Below, one piece after another: positions 39,475-52,372 of a stretch of DNA of 64,000 nt. The notes beneath the pieces were generated by a model. That model worked only from the letters and a program-made list of their open reading frames with translations, was not told the origin of the DNA and ran no database searches. Source of the stretch: Octopus vulgaris (Eukaryota). The stretch is taken from contig OX597816.1 in the NCBI GenBank assembly GCA_951406725.2, forward strand, positions 132,246,001-132,310,000. The letters run 5' to 3'. The position numbers were made by a program, and so were the translations under genes. Positions within the stretch are counted from its first letter, which is position 1, and every line of letters starts with the position of its first letter.

Positions 39475-40529
39475 CAATGGTTCTCAACAATTCTTTTACC
39501 TATTGACTCCTTAGGTGACTATTTTACTCCCATGAACCCCCATAACTATTCAATGTTTAAAAACTAGTTTTATACATACTTTTTTTCAAAATTCCTACAC
39601 TGATTTTAACACTTTCATTTGCATAGGTTTGCAATAGCATTCTCTGATGGGACATGTTTCAGTGGCTGGAAACATCTTTCATGAAACCTTAGAACACGTT
39701 TGTGGTTCTCCAATTTACTAATTTGCTTCCTATTTTGTTTTTCACATACCCACTTGTGTAGGTTTACAATAGCACTCTGAGAGAACTTGTTTCAGTGACC
39801 AGAAACATGTTGAAGTATTGGGTTGTCTGGAAAGTTTGTGCCGATTTTTAAAGGAAAGAAAAAGGTCAATAAATACTTGCTATTACACTTTTAATCAACC
39901 AAATATGAACCATTTTGTTGCACAATGCATCTCCATCTTTCCTTTAACTTGAAAATACCCTCTTCCCAGAATTGAGGTGGTTTCATGGTAAAGAATTCAT
40001 CAAGGTATCTTTTTACGTCATCTAAGGAATTAAAATTTTTACCATTAAGACTATTCTGCAGAGACCTAAATAAATGGAAATCCGAAGGAACAATATCTGG
40101 TGAATATGGAGGGTGGGGTAACACATCCCAGCCAAGCTGCAGCAATTTGCATCAAGTGCCGATAATGAACTTACTTATCTTCCATTTTCAAGGGTTACAG
40201 AATTAGCACAGGTTATAAGGAACATAAACCTTCCACGAAAAGATAGCTTAAACTGTGCTCTAAATGGAGGTGTAGTCAAATCCTATTTTATTAACTCAAC
40301 CATGTTCTAAAATAAGTTGAAAGGTAAGCTACTATAAATCTGCACGAACTTTCTGGACAACCCAATATATATAACATTGGAGAAAGGAACTTTGCTGTTT
40401 CTTTCAATAAGTATAACTAAAGCAGAATATTTTCATGAACCTTTAAAATACTACTGTGGATCCCCAATTTACTATTTTGCTTGCTTGGACCCCATAAAAT
40501 CTTATATGGTCTCTGGTTGAGAACTACTG
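39475..40529. mobile_element. hAT (Charlie-like) non-autonomous element containing a nested mariner
   Basis: Ends are CAATGGTTCTCAAC and GTTGAGAACTACTG. TSD AAATAGAG at 39467-39474 and 40530-40537. Confidence 0.9.
39818..40365 (-). mobile_element. Internally deleted mariner element
   Basis: TA-flanked ~30-bp TIRs (TTGGGTTGTCTGGAAAGTTTGTGCCGATTT and its near complement). ORF 39891-40145 encodes LGWDVLPHPPYSPDIVPSDFHLFRSLQN...GIFKLKERWRCIVQQNGSY, the mariner transposase C-terminus with the YSPDLAPSD motif. Confidence 0.95.
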
Positions 40530-42309
40530 AAATAGAGTTCTTCCTGGTTGTTAAATAAGACCTATCAATTGGGAAAGCCAGCATAAAAATAATTCAAAAC
40601 ATAATGATGAGTAAAAGATGCAAATGAGTACAAGGGAGTTTTTCTCTGATTTAAGAAATGCTGATGTGTGTGTATAACAAGTGTCATTTTGTTTTCTGAT
40701 GGGAGGACAATGCGCATAGCTTTTTTTGGCCTTCCTATACTGAGGATTACAAATAATTGAATGGTGTTAATGCAGTCAATTTTTTGTTTGTAAAGACTTT
40801 TAAATACATGGTTTCAAATGTGTGAGATGGATATAGCTGATAAGATCAATCCACTCAACTAGAACATTTACACTGGAAACTGGGTTTTTAGATATCTTTG
40901 TCACTGCATTAGTGGTACTAACACTTGTGAATCCATTTTGATAGAGTTTCTTATTGATAAATATAGAAACCCATTTTACTTTTACTTTCAGAGGACTGAA
41001 TTGGCAGAGTTGTTACAGAATCAATTAAAATGCCTTGTATTTATTGTGGCTTCTTGAATTCTGAGTTTAAATCATGCCAAGGTCAATTTTGCTTTCATCC
41101 TTTTGGGGGCAATAAATAAAGAACCAGTTTGAAGCAGTGAAATGGCAGAATTAGTAGAGCATTTGATGCTTTGCAGAATTTCCTCTACCCCTTTCCATTC
41201 TGAGTTCAAATTCTGCCACAGCCTCCCTACTTAGGTGGTAGAATTCATCCATTGCTTGGTTTATCATCCTCACTTAGTGCCTGGATGAGTCCACTTTATT
41301 ACAAATATTTGGATCTGGTCTCTCTCGTTTGAAGATAACCTTTCTGCCACTAACTATTTCTACAAAGGGTTATATGCACTGACTAAGCAATAAAAAAAAA
41401 AATCCAGCAACTAGTTGAACTTGATAGGTGATGATCTTACAAATTGAAAGTGAAAGCTGACAAGCTTATGTAAATATAGTTATTGCCTACTTGTGGCTGA
41501 TAACTTGTTGAGTTTTTCTTGAAATTCTATTTAATTTATGATAAAAAGTATACTTTGAGTTAATCTAAAAGTATATATTTTGATAAGAACCTTAATTTTA
41601 AATTGTCAAGCGTTTTTGTTTTCTTTTGAGCTAAAACTAAGTCAATTATAATAAAAATATAGTGAATCTATCTAAAGGTATATTTTTAGATGAAAAAAAA
41701 AAATAAATAAATTTGATTTTTTTATTATTTTCCCTTTATGCTGAAAGCAAAGTAGTTGTTAAGACAACAGAATACAATATATTTGAAAAATTTGTTCTAT
41801 TTGTAGATCTTAAATCACATATTTTTCTCCTTTTGTATTCTGTCAATATAATCCACCCCTTCCACTTTCCTTATTCTTAAAACCTTTTCTGATTTGAAAT
41901 GCCATTCAGTACAGAAAGAAAGAAGAGAAGCTTAAAAGATAGATAATTCAGATATGAATAGATAAATAGAAATCTGAACTCCTGTTTGTTACTTTAGTTT
42001 GCTTCTTTGCAGATGTATTGCTTTAACTCTAAATTCTACTGTAAACATGGTACATTGGAAAAGTTGGGAAAAGTGGAGATAGCATACTATGGTTAGGTGC
42101 AAAAAAAAAAAAGACACTAATGAAGTATGAATTTATCACTGTTAATATAGTGCTTTAACTTTCCAGTAGCTGTTCAACTGCACATTCCCTTTTTCTTACA
42201 TAAACGTACAAATATTTTTCTATGAGGGCTCAGCTGTGGCTGTGTAATTATGGGATTATGAGTTTCACCACATCATATTACACTGTACATTGGGCAAAGT
42301 GTCTTCTAC

Positions 42310-42509
42310 TCTTTAGCATTTAAACCGACCACATCCAACCAAAATATTCCACCTGTTTTATGTTGAAACTGGCCGAATTTGGTTTCTGATAAAAACCCTA
42401 CAATATTAAGTTTCCTCATCAAAATCTCATAGCTACAGGATGATGCATGATTAATTAAAACCAATGTGAATAAATAAGCATTACTTTTTGACAGAATAAT
42501 GTTAAAGGG
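42310..42509. mobile_element. piggyBac-like MITE inserted in a family A SINE
   Basis: Ends are CTTTAGCATT and AATGTTAAAGGG|TTAA. Homologous to the copies at 54488 and 57980. Confidence 0.65.
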
Positions 42510-43112
42510 TTAAGTGAAATTTGGTCATCAGAAACTGTGTGGAAGTCCATGTGTATGTGTGTGTGTCAGCATTTGATATGTACTAAGCTCCATATTGGTT
42601 GCCTTACTGTAAAATCACTTGACCTTGCCTTTCAACCATTTCCAATGTCAATTAAATAAGCACCAGATAAAATTCTGGGGTCAGTATAACAGAATAAAAA
42701 TAAAAGCCTAAAAGGTGATGCTGCAGCATGACTGCAATCCATTGATTAAAACCAGTGAAAGAAGAAAAAATATGTCAGCAACAGTACTACATCTCTGCAA
42801 CAAATAAATTTATATTCATGCATTCCTCAAGCAGGTGTTTTATCACATGAAGGTAAACTTGGATAAGTCATTTGTTTGCCCTACTTTAGAAGGGCACACA
42901 ATTCAATAGCTCCAGTAGGGTTTGATTTTCTGACCTTTGAATCTGATGTCTAGCTTGCTAATTAAATACAGTTACAATGTATGTATGCAATCTGTACAAC
43001 ATCAGTTGGCAAAAGTCGTTCAGTTTCATTGTGTAACTTAACAGTAGTAGTCAGTAGTAGTAAGTTGGAAAAATCCAGTTGTTGCTATATTTACTATCAT
43101 TTATCTTGATAG

Positions 43113-43326
43113 CTCTCTTTTTTTTTGCTACTTGAATTGGTTTTAAGAGTGCTTGATGTTATTACTGAAGTGATATTTTTGCTGCTGGAGTATGGATGAG
43201 GTAGGTAACCTCTATATGGTGTGTGGCTGTGAATGTTACTGGAGACAACATTCAAGATTCAAGTGTTCTGCTTAAGATAATGACGATATTGTTGTATAGA
43301 CGGTGAGTGCAGTACTGCTGCACGAG
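43113..43326 (+). other. Candidate internal (probably non-coding 5' UTR) exon
   Basis: Possible acceptor TTTATCTTGATAG|, strong donor GAG|GTAAGC at 43326, and non-repetitive sequence retaining a few CpGs in a depleted zone. No open frame was found when joined to exon 1. Confidence 0.3.
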
Positions 43327-45845
43327 GTAAGCTTTCAATAAGCCAAGTTGGCAAGCCAGTTAAGATTCTCGGTTCAATCCAATTTACTTTACTTTTGTTA
43401 ATGTCCCTGAACTTTCAGATTTTTTTCCCCACTATAAACTTCTTATAAGTGTGAGTGCCTTTGTGTGTGTAAGCCAACAGTCATTATCACTATGTCATAA
43501 AGAAGGGAGATTGTAGCCCTGCTTGCATTGTAGTGATACAAAGATTACACAAGCTATGATGGAAAATTTTATTGAAACGAATATTTCCACATGCTCTATT
43601 CTCAGATACTCTAATATTATAGTGTTATTCAACAGTTTATTTGAAAGGCTTGGGGGTTTTGTTTGATTTTAAGTTAGGTTTAATTCTGTTTTACATGACC
43701 AGCCACAGTACATAAAATGAAATTTAAAAAAAAACAATTTGTAACAAATTTAAATGGCTTTTTATTTAACATCGTTGCTTTATTACATTATTTTACTTCT
43801 GAAAGTACAAAATGGATATTTAAAAAAAATATATTTTCTCTACATCATTTGACTAACTTGGTATTTCAAATATGTAACATGTATCGAGCTGTTTCACCTA
43901 TACTGAGAGATAAGCCTGTCTCTTAGAGGCAATAAACAATGTACTACATTGATACCAGAGGTTATGATCTGTGTCTTTGATTAAATAAGATATTTCTTAC
44001 ATATCTTATCTTTAATGTGTCAGCTTTAATCCTGACCAACTCTTCCATTCTCAGACTTAAGGCATGCTATTATATAGCATTTCTTGAGCTCAATGGTATT
44101 TAAACACTAAAGGCAACATTTTATTTTTGAAGTGAATTAGATGATGATATTATTTTGACATTTTGTTTATTTTTTTTAATTTTACATTGCAATTGGTTGT
44201 CAACAGTACTGTTGGTTACAATGGGCAATTGTTGGCTAATTGTATTTCTGAGAGCAAAAGTGACTAAGGAGTACTTGTAGCTAGGTGCAGAACAAACAGA
44301 ACAAGACTTCATAGGTTTTAGTACTTTTAGCTTTTTCTTGCCAATATACATCAAGAGATATACACGCTTTACATCTACCAAATTCCACTTTCAAAACATT
44401 ATTTACAATATTTCAAATATATCCTTATTTGATTTGTTATTTACCTTTTGAACTTTTGTTTTTAATTTACATTATATACAGTTAGATTTGAAGTATAAAC
44501 TTCATTTTCTTTTGGTGGAGCTTTGTTTTGGGAACTCAGTGTTTGGCCGTCGTAATCTCCTCTATTGTATTTGTTGAATCAGTAGTGAAATATGTTGCCC
44601 AGGTTATTCCCTATAGAAATGGAAACTATTTAAAGCAACTAATTAGAAAGCATAAGATTCTATTAGAGTACTACTTGTTCTAATATGTGTTCAGGAAGCA
44701 CAAGCTCAGTGATCCAGCTCAATCAAGGTTCAGGAAATACTTACGTAGACACTGTCCAATCCATGCCAGCATGGAAGATGGATGGTAAAAAGGTGATCAT
44801 AACATCATGGTGGTCTTAAGAGACTGTTGAAGGAAAGTAATTCTGATTATGCTTTTCTCTACAATTTTTTTTTTCTTTCTGTCTTTCTGTTTATTCAAAA
44901 TGGTGTTAATATTTTCTGTGTTGATATTTTCTGACAAGATTCTCCCTTAAATAGCCAGTGAGCTTTATTTTTATCATTTTTTCCCCCTGTAAAGTAATAA
45001 ATTTATGTAAATTCCTTAATATAGTATTCGTGCAATGAAAGATTAAAATATATTAAGTATAAAAGCCTTCAAATTATTTCAGTTGGTTGATTTAAAGAAA
45101 GTAATTAATGCAGATGTTCACCAACATTGTTAATGTCTTTAACTAGTATCTTCACTCCTGGAAACAGCAAATAACTTAGCTGAGAGTTAAAGTGAAGTTC
45201 ATAGCATGATCTACTGGAACAAATGTGCCCACAATGATAGCTTGTTGAGTTGTTCTCATACCAATCTGTCTTGATTTGGTATGTACTAAATACACTATTA
45301 ACTAATAACACGCTGTCCTACACTCACCTTGCCCACAAAACATCTACTTTTCCTTGTTAGCTAAAGCCGTTAGTATAACCTCTGTCAATAGTTATTTCTC
45401 TGTTTGTGATCTTTTCAGTATCGGCATTCTGTGTATCTTGAAACAGTTAATAGCTTGACCTTGGCACAAAGCAACTACTATAGCACTATTACACACCACC
45501 TGCGCTGACTTGATCTATTCTCCACTACCAATACCAAATAGTTGAACGACAAATTAACCAATGCTGTATTATTACATAAGTTCTAATGACAACAGCAGTG
45601 TGAATCTCTTCTGGAGTTAGTGACAACACTTTATTATTTCTTCATGCAAGAAAGTAACCATTTGTTTTACTACTGTAATGATTATTATATAATTCCAGAT
45701 TGCTCCTTTATTATGATTCACTACCAACTGAAAGATCCAAGGATTTGCATATTATCTTCAGTTCATATATATATATATTCTAAAGCATAAACACACATAT
45801 ATACACATGCATATGTGTGTGTATGTATGTGTGTGTGTATGTATG

Positions 45846-45892
<47 letters not shown>

Positions 45893-46717
45893 GCATACAC
45901 ACAGTGTGTGTGTATTCTCTTTCTGGTAGCTTCATTTGTCTGGTTAGCTCCTAAATTAATATTGAGCTCTGATGTTTCATAGGGTCTTTGAATCTCCTAG
46001 TGCTGCATTCCTGGCACTTATGTCTAGTTTATTGCTTCTCTCCAAATCTTCCTTCAAATGAATTCAAGTCTTGTAAGGTAAAAACAAGATTTTTTGTAAA
46101 AAAAGAAAAAGATTTTCCTGATGAAATATCAAGAACACATAATTCAGAATTCATGCCAAGTTATTAATTTTTTAAGAATGTACATTTGGCCTGTTTTACT
46201 TCTAGCTAATTGCAATCAAATCAAAATATATCAAGTCCCTAAAAGTTATACTCCTTTAGCTCCATTTTTCAGTTCTTAAATACTGTGTGAAGTCTGCAGT
46301 TTTCCATTGTTCTGGTACTGTTTTATAAGTTCACAATCGTTGATGAATATTTTTTTAAAGATCTTTTTTATTATTCAAAGCTCTCTATATATATGCTTCC
46401 AGATGATATTTTTATCTTTCCTTTCCCAGTAAAGGGTTGCTTGCTTCTAATTTTAGCTTCGAGGTTACAGATTTATTGATTATGTACCTTGAGATGCAGC
46501 CTCCCAGTTCCATTAAAAGTGATTGATTTCTTAGAAACTCTCCATTTTGTTGTTTGTCTTGCTATGTAGGTTAACTAACTGCTAAGACCTAATAGCTTCT
46601 ACTATGAAAATTATTACCTTGGATAACTTTCTATCTTTAGTTAGTACATGGAAATTCTTCAGGCCGTAAGAAATTAATTTCAGGTGCTCTCATCTTGCTG
46701 CTTGTATCATATGTATA

Positions 46718-46770
<53 letters not shown>

Positions 46771-46900
46771 TGTGTGTAGCTGCATAGGCATACCTATACA
46801 TGTGTGTGTGTGTGTAGTTGTGAATGCATACATATATGTGTGTGTGTGTGTGTAGCTGTATATGTATTTATGTATGTGTATATGTCTGTTTGAATGAATT

Positions 46901-46931
<31 letters not shown>

Positions 46932-47619
46932 CTATCTATCTTCATATATATATGCATACACTCAACACATTATTTTAGTTCAGAACTTGTTGGAATACCA
47001 TTTATTGGTGGCAGAATGACACAAGGAAGCATTCATGTAGAGTGCTATGTATACAGTGATTGTTAGGCCATCATGCTCTGGCTAGCAACGTGTATTAGTT
47101 AAAGTACCCATTAGTAAGTATTGATTATTGCTCTGCAACAGCTTTGCGAACTGATCTTACAGCAATAGCAGCAGCAAAAATGGTGAATGCAGCAGCAGTA
47201 GAAGAGAAAGGAAATAGCAAGGGGGGGAAAAAAAAAACAAAGAAAGAAAAAAATCAATGAATAGACTGAGTGCATTCTTTTCATTAAATTACATTCCACT
47301 TTAGGGTTTCCAACCAGTTAGGATCCTTCATTTCAAAATAATTCATATCCGCTTCTCCTCTCTTCTGTCTTCCTCCCAACCACCACCACCACCATTAAAT
47401 CTCTCTCTTTTCTCTCCTCTCTCTCTCCCTCTCTTTCCCTCATTCTGGGGATGTAGATATTAAACATACTCATTAGTTTTTTGTTTCCTCCTTCTTCTGC
47501 CGTTGATGCGATTGTGTTCATTACAAATGTTACATCATTGCAGAAATAGATAATTGCAGTGAACACCATAAAATGGGTGGGCGGTAATAAGCTAAGCTTT
47601 TGCTGAGCCAAAACTGTGG

Positions 47620-47820
47620 CCATGCTGTTGTTGTTTAACCCTGTGTCAGCTTTGATTGAGTAAACATGATTAAAGGTACCTATCCCAGCTGGAACCAATT
47701 CTATCTTAAGAAATATCTAACACATTATCCAAATTATCTTTCCATCTTTTCAAGATACTGTAGTGAGATTTGATATTTGGTTACTATTTCTAGCTGATCT
47801 AACAACCATGTAAAGGCATG
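47620..47820 (+). repeat. Third interspersed repeat family (family C), representative copy
   Basis: TTGTTTAACCC...TCAGC...ATGAT.AAAGG...GATTTG...GCTATTTCTAGC motifs also occur at ~13085, 16330-16445, 24350-24570, 30050-30140, 36885-36950 and 60750-60930, and on the minus strand at ~10440-10560. Confidence 0.6.
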
Positions 47821-47985
47821 TTCCTATTTCATTTTCACCGGCAATTTTGAGAAAGGCATGGACATGGCAAATCCAGTCTCTTCTTCATCTGATTCAGTTT
47901 GACTGGATACATGTAGTACTAATGTAACTATTTTTATATATCACTGTACTGCATTTACCACACATCGATATTGGTTAAGGAAAAT

Positions 47986-48349
47986 AGGTGCAAGTGTGGA
48001 TGCGTGGTAATAGTTTGTTTCCCAACTGCATGATTTTGGGTTCAGTCCCACTGTGGTATCTTGGACAAATATTTTCTACTATAGCCTCGAGCCAACCAAA
48101 GCTTTGTAAATGGATTTGATAGGCAGAAACTAAATGAAGCCTGTCTCATCTGTGTGTGTGTGTGTTTCTCACCTAGCACCAGTTGGTAACTGGTATTGAT
48201 TTAAGTCCCCTTAACTTAGCAGTTTGGCCATAGAGACCAATTAAGTACCAGACTTTACAAAAATAAATACTGAGGTTGATAAATAAAAAAAAAACCCTTC
48301 GAAGCAGTATCCCAGTATGCCCACAGTCCAGTGACTGAAACAAGTAAAG
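47986..48349 (+). mobile_element. CORE-type SINE (family A), CpG-decayed
   Basis: Contains GGGTTCAGTCCCACTG...TTCTACTATAGCCTCGAGCCAACCAAAGC and the tail CAGTCCAGTGACTGAAACAAGTAAA. Confidence 0.8.
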
Positions 48350-48563
48350 GATTATGTATTTTATTCATTAATAACTCAGGGTTGTGTTTGTATCATTGCA
48401 GTACCATTAGTGCATTATATCATTGCATTAGAAAGAGAGGTGCTATTACAGCATTTGATGATTGCAGTACTAGATGGCTATTGCTGCAGTGTTACGTGAT
48501 TGTAGTACCAATGTCGCGTGTGTGCATTGCATGTGCATCTACGTATATGTGTGTGTATGTATA

Positions 48564-48595
<32 letters not shown>

Positions 48596-49251
48596 GTATA
48601 TGTATGTCTGTGGATATATGTGTATCACTATGGTACTGATATAATTATTACAGAGTCTTGGCAGGTTTGTTAGAGCCTTGGACAGAATGCTTAGTAGTGT
48701 TTGTTCCAACATTCTGAGTTCAAATTCTGATGAGGTCAACTTTTCATCCTTTCAGGGTTACAAAAAAAAAATTTTTTTTTAAATGTCAGTCCAAAGTGGT
48801 TGACTGGATGCCTTGTAGTATCTGATCTGACTCTTTGCATTCTGAGTTCAAAATCCTACCATGGCCCACCTGGGTTGTAGACTTCACCAATTGCCTGATT
48901 TAAAACCACTACTTTGTACCTTGACTACCATTAGTGAATCCCACTCTATTGCAAGCATTCGGGGCCCTGATTTCCAGTTTGAGGAAACCTTTCTTTTTAC
49001 CAGCCTTGGAGACTCTGTAAAAGGTCATGGGTACCACTTTTCTCCTGACTAACGCACACATCATCACCATTTTTTAATATCCACTATTCCATTCTTGCAT
49101 GGATTGGACAGAATGTTGAGGCAGATCTTCTACAACCAAATGTCCCTCCTGTTTCCAAGTAAAGTATTATATTTCCCCATAATCAGACATGTTTTCACAG
49201 AATATCCATAATGTAAGATACTGCTTGCATGACAGTAACACGAACATACAC

Positions 49252-49310
<59 letters not shown>

Positions 49311-49311
49311 T

Positions 49312-49641
49312 ATAAGAAAAGAAATGGAGCAACGCAATTAACAATTAGAAGTTGATCATTGGTATTAAATGGTCATAGTTTAATAATATTTGAAATAACA
49401 TTTACAGCTGTTTCAGTTTGTTATTTTTGAGGTGAATTTGCATTTATCACATTCCATGTAATAAACATTGTCAGAATGATTTGGTGATGTTTGTTACATG
49501 GAATGAAAGAAATGCAAATTTACCTAAAAAATAACAAACTGAAACAGCTGTAAATGTTATTTTAATTTTATATAAAATATGACTATTTAATACCAATGAT
49601 CAACTTCTAATTGTTAATTGTTGCTCCATTTCTTTTCTTAT
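49312..49641. mobile_element. ~155-bp-arm palindrome made of inverted Penelope-like terminal repeats
   Basis: 49312-49468 is the near reverse complement of 49487-49641. Each arm carries a GAAAC-AGCT-GTA hammerhead-like motif. Confidence 0.8.
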
Positions 49642-50997
49642 CTGAACATATTAAACCACAGTTTACCATTTAAATTACCAACTGCTGTTAACCTTATAGC
49701 AAGGACTATACATAGTTAGGTAATACAGCAGTAGTGCCTACGGATACATGGGCTCATTTCAGTTTCCAAAGACACTTGCCCAAGGTACCACACTCTGAGA
49801 CTGAACCCAGAACCATGTGGCTGGGAAGTAAACTTCTTAACACACAGCCACATCTTTGTAGTACTTATATATCTAGTACAATGTTAAATATAATTTAAAT
49901 AAGTATTTTGACAGTGCTTGAACATAACAGTACTAAGTGGGTAAACACTAAGCCAATTCACACCTCCTGCTACCTGTAATTTTTCATTTATTTAAGAATT
50001 TTCTGGATTTCATTACATTTTATATAGTATTAATCTATCGATCAAATAATTCTGATGAGTTTTCAAATCCAGCTTTTAGTACATGAAACAATAACACGTG
50101 TCTATTGACCAGAATTTGTTTATTAATCCTTCCCAGCTTGAGTGTAATGAGAACTAATGAGGAAGACGGACAACAGATTTGTGTGCATGCACATGTGTAT
50201 ACGCATGCACACACACACACACACACACTCACTCACTCTCTCTCTCCTTCTCTTCTCACTTCTCACATGTGAAAAACTGTAGGAGACTATGCTGATATTT
50301 TTTTGCTTCATTTTCTATTTTCTTCTTTCACAATGTCACTTAAATAGGTATGATACATCATATCAGTGATATATTGTTATTGTCTTCCTTATTTTATAAT
50401 TTAAGTTATTCTTATTGATTTCTTGGTAAAAGAGTTATGAAGTCTTACTTTTCAAAATTAAGAGCCATCTGTTCTTATCTCATCTAATCCATTTTTTCCC
50501 TTTGTCACTTTTAATCTGTTTGTTACCTAACTTTACTTGCTGTTAATATATGTTCATAGATTCTCAAATATAGAAAAGTGTTTATATATTTTCCTGCTTT
50601 CTTCTTTTTCTCAACTTTTATTTTTATTTACTCCTAAAGAACAATGGAACAAATACTTTTAAAATAAATGTGTGTGTGTAGAAGTATCACTAAATATTCC
50701 AAATATATTTAAAAACCCTTGCCTAGATCACCATCATCATGATATCTACTTTCCAATCTGCTATAGATTGGCTGGATACCTTGATCTTAGTTATTATTTG
50801 GGATTACTGCTCTCCTTGGCTAGTTGGAGGTCTATATCTCATTTATACATTTATTCCATTTTTGACATGCTTCTAAAGCTAGATGTCCTTCAAAAAACTA
50901 TTGACCACCTTTTAGAATGTACATAAGGTCATAATACAGCTCTATCTAAGTCAGATATGTGTGTCTAACAAATATATATATTGGGTAAGGCTAGAAC

Positions 50998-51719
50998 AAT
51001 GTGAAGTAAATGCAAGGCAAATCCCAAGAAAAAATATATATGAATTAATGTAGACTTACCTTGCATTCAATATTTCAGGGTTATGACCCCATTTTCAAGA
51101 AACTGACGAATGTTGCTGATGTGTGTATGTAGAGTAGACATCAACCAGCTAGCTTCCTGTAACTCTCTACTGCTGTTGATATTGGGTTTTTCTTTGGTGT
51201 ATGAGGATGGCCTCAGAGATTCTCAAGTTGCCCCTGTCCCACTGTGTTGCTCTGATGTGCACTGTGAATTCCCGAGTCTGGCATTTCCATAGATGTTTCT
51301 TCACAGAAGTGTCTGTCTGCATGTGTTACTTTATACGTATATGCAGTTTTCTTGTGCTTCTTCTGTAGGATGTGCCACGTTTGCCACAGATGATTTCGTA
51401 TACAACATAGATCAGCTGGCACAATTCAGGGTCATTGATGGGGCAGTTTGATAATGTGTACTCCTCAGAGTAATGAGAGGTGCTGTTCTTGGACAGAGCT
51501 TTTCTCAGGGAAGAGCTGGTGTGCACTATCATACAGAAGAGTGTTACAGGAAGCTAACCCTAACCTTTCCATGTATGTCCACTCCACACACACGCACATC
51601 GGCAACATTTGTCAGTTTCTTGAAAATAGGGTCATAACCCTGATATATTGAATGCAAGGTAAGTCTACATAAATTCATATATTTGTTTTTTGGGATTTGC
51701 CTTGCATTTACTTTGCATT
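50998..51719 (-). mobile_element. Penelope-like element fragment: GIY-YIG remnant between inverted ~145-bp repeats
   Basis: The arms 50998-51141 and 51575-51719 are inverted. ORF 51326-51532 (-) reads CQLIYVVYEIICGKRGTSYRRSTRKLHIRIK*H, matching the Penelope endonuclease pattern VVY.I.C..C...YIG.T.R.L..RI.EH. Confidence 0.82.
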
Positions 51720-51813
51720 CTTCTGTCGTTACAATCCTTTATACAATATATTCTACACAATGCTTCAGAGTAATTATTCCATGTGTATATATATGTGTGT
51801 GTGTGTGTATGTA

Positions 51814-51860
<47 letters not shown>

Positions 51861-51864
<4 letters not shown>

Positions 51865-52055
51865 AAAGTTAATCCAAACATGAAAACACAACGCGAGGAC
51901 GTAGAACAAGTATAGTATTATTGGACTCGAAGGAAAGAAGGGGGGTGTAATGTTTCGAGCGGAGCTCTTTGTCAGAAACATAGGAAAAGGAAAGATCCAA
52001 AGAAGGGAAGACGGAGGGAAAAAAAATCGCCAACGGTACACACGCGGTCACATTT
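51861..52055 (-). mobile_element. Penelope-derived short repeat with a minimal hammerhead-like motif
   Basis: 51975-51948 on the minus strand reads CTGACAAA-GAGC-TCC-GCTC-GAAAC-ATTA. A homologous copy lies at 61519-61725. Confidence 0.65.
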
Positions 52056-52194
52056 ATATATATATATGCTAATGTTTAAAAACAAATTTGTACCCTCGCT
52101 GTGAAAATGTAAAAACAATTTAAATCCATATTTGGGTGTTTTCTCCATACAAAAAAAATAATGATAATTGTGTGTATGTATATATATACACAAC

Positions 52195-52325
52195 AGGTTT
52201 TTTTTCAGTTTCCATCTACCAAATTCACTCACAAGGCTTTGATCGGCCTGAGGCTATAGCAGAAGACATTGCCCTATGTGCCATGCTGTGGTACTGAAAA
52301 TGGACCCATGTGGTTAGGAAGCAAC
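52195..52325 (-). mobile_element. Family A SINE 5' half
   Basis: Contains TTTCAGTTTCCATCTACCAAATTCACTCACAAGGCTTTG...GGCTATAGCAGAAGACA. Confidence 0.75.
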
Positions 52326-52372
52326 TGCATGTGTGTATTTATATACGCAGGTGCTACAAATGTAGACAGTAA

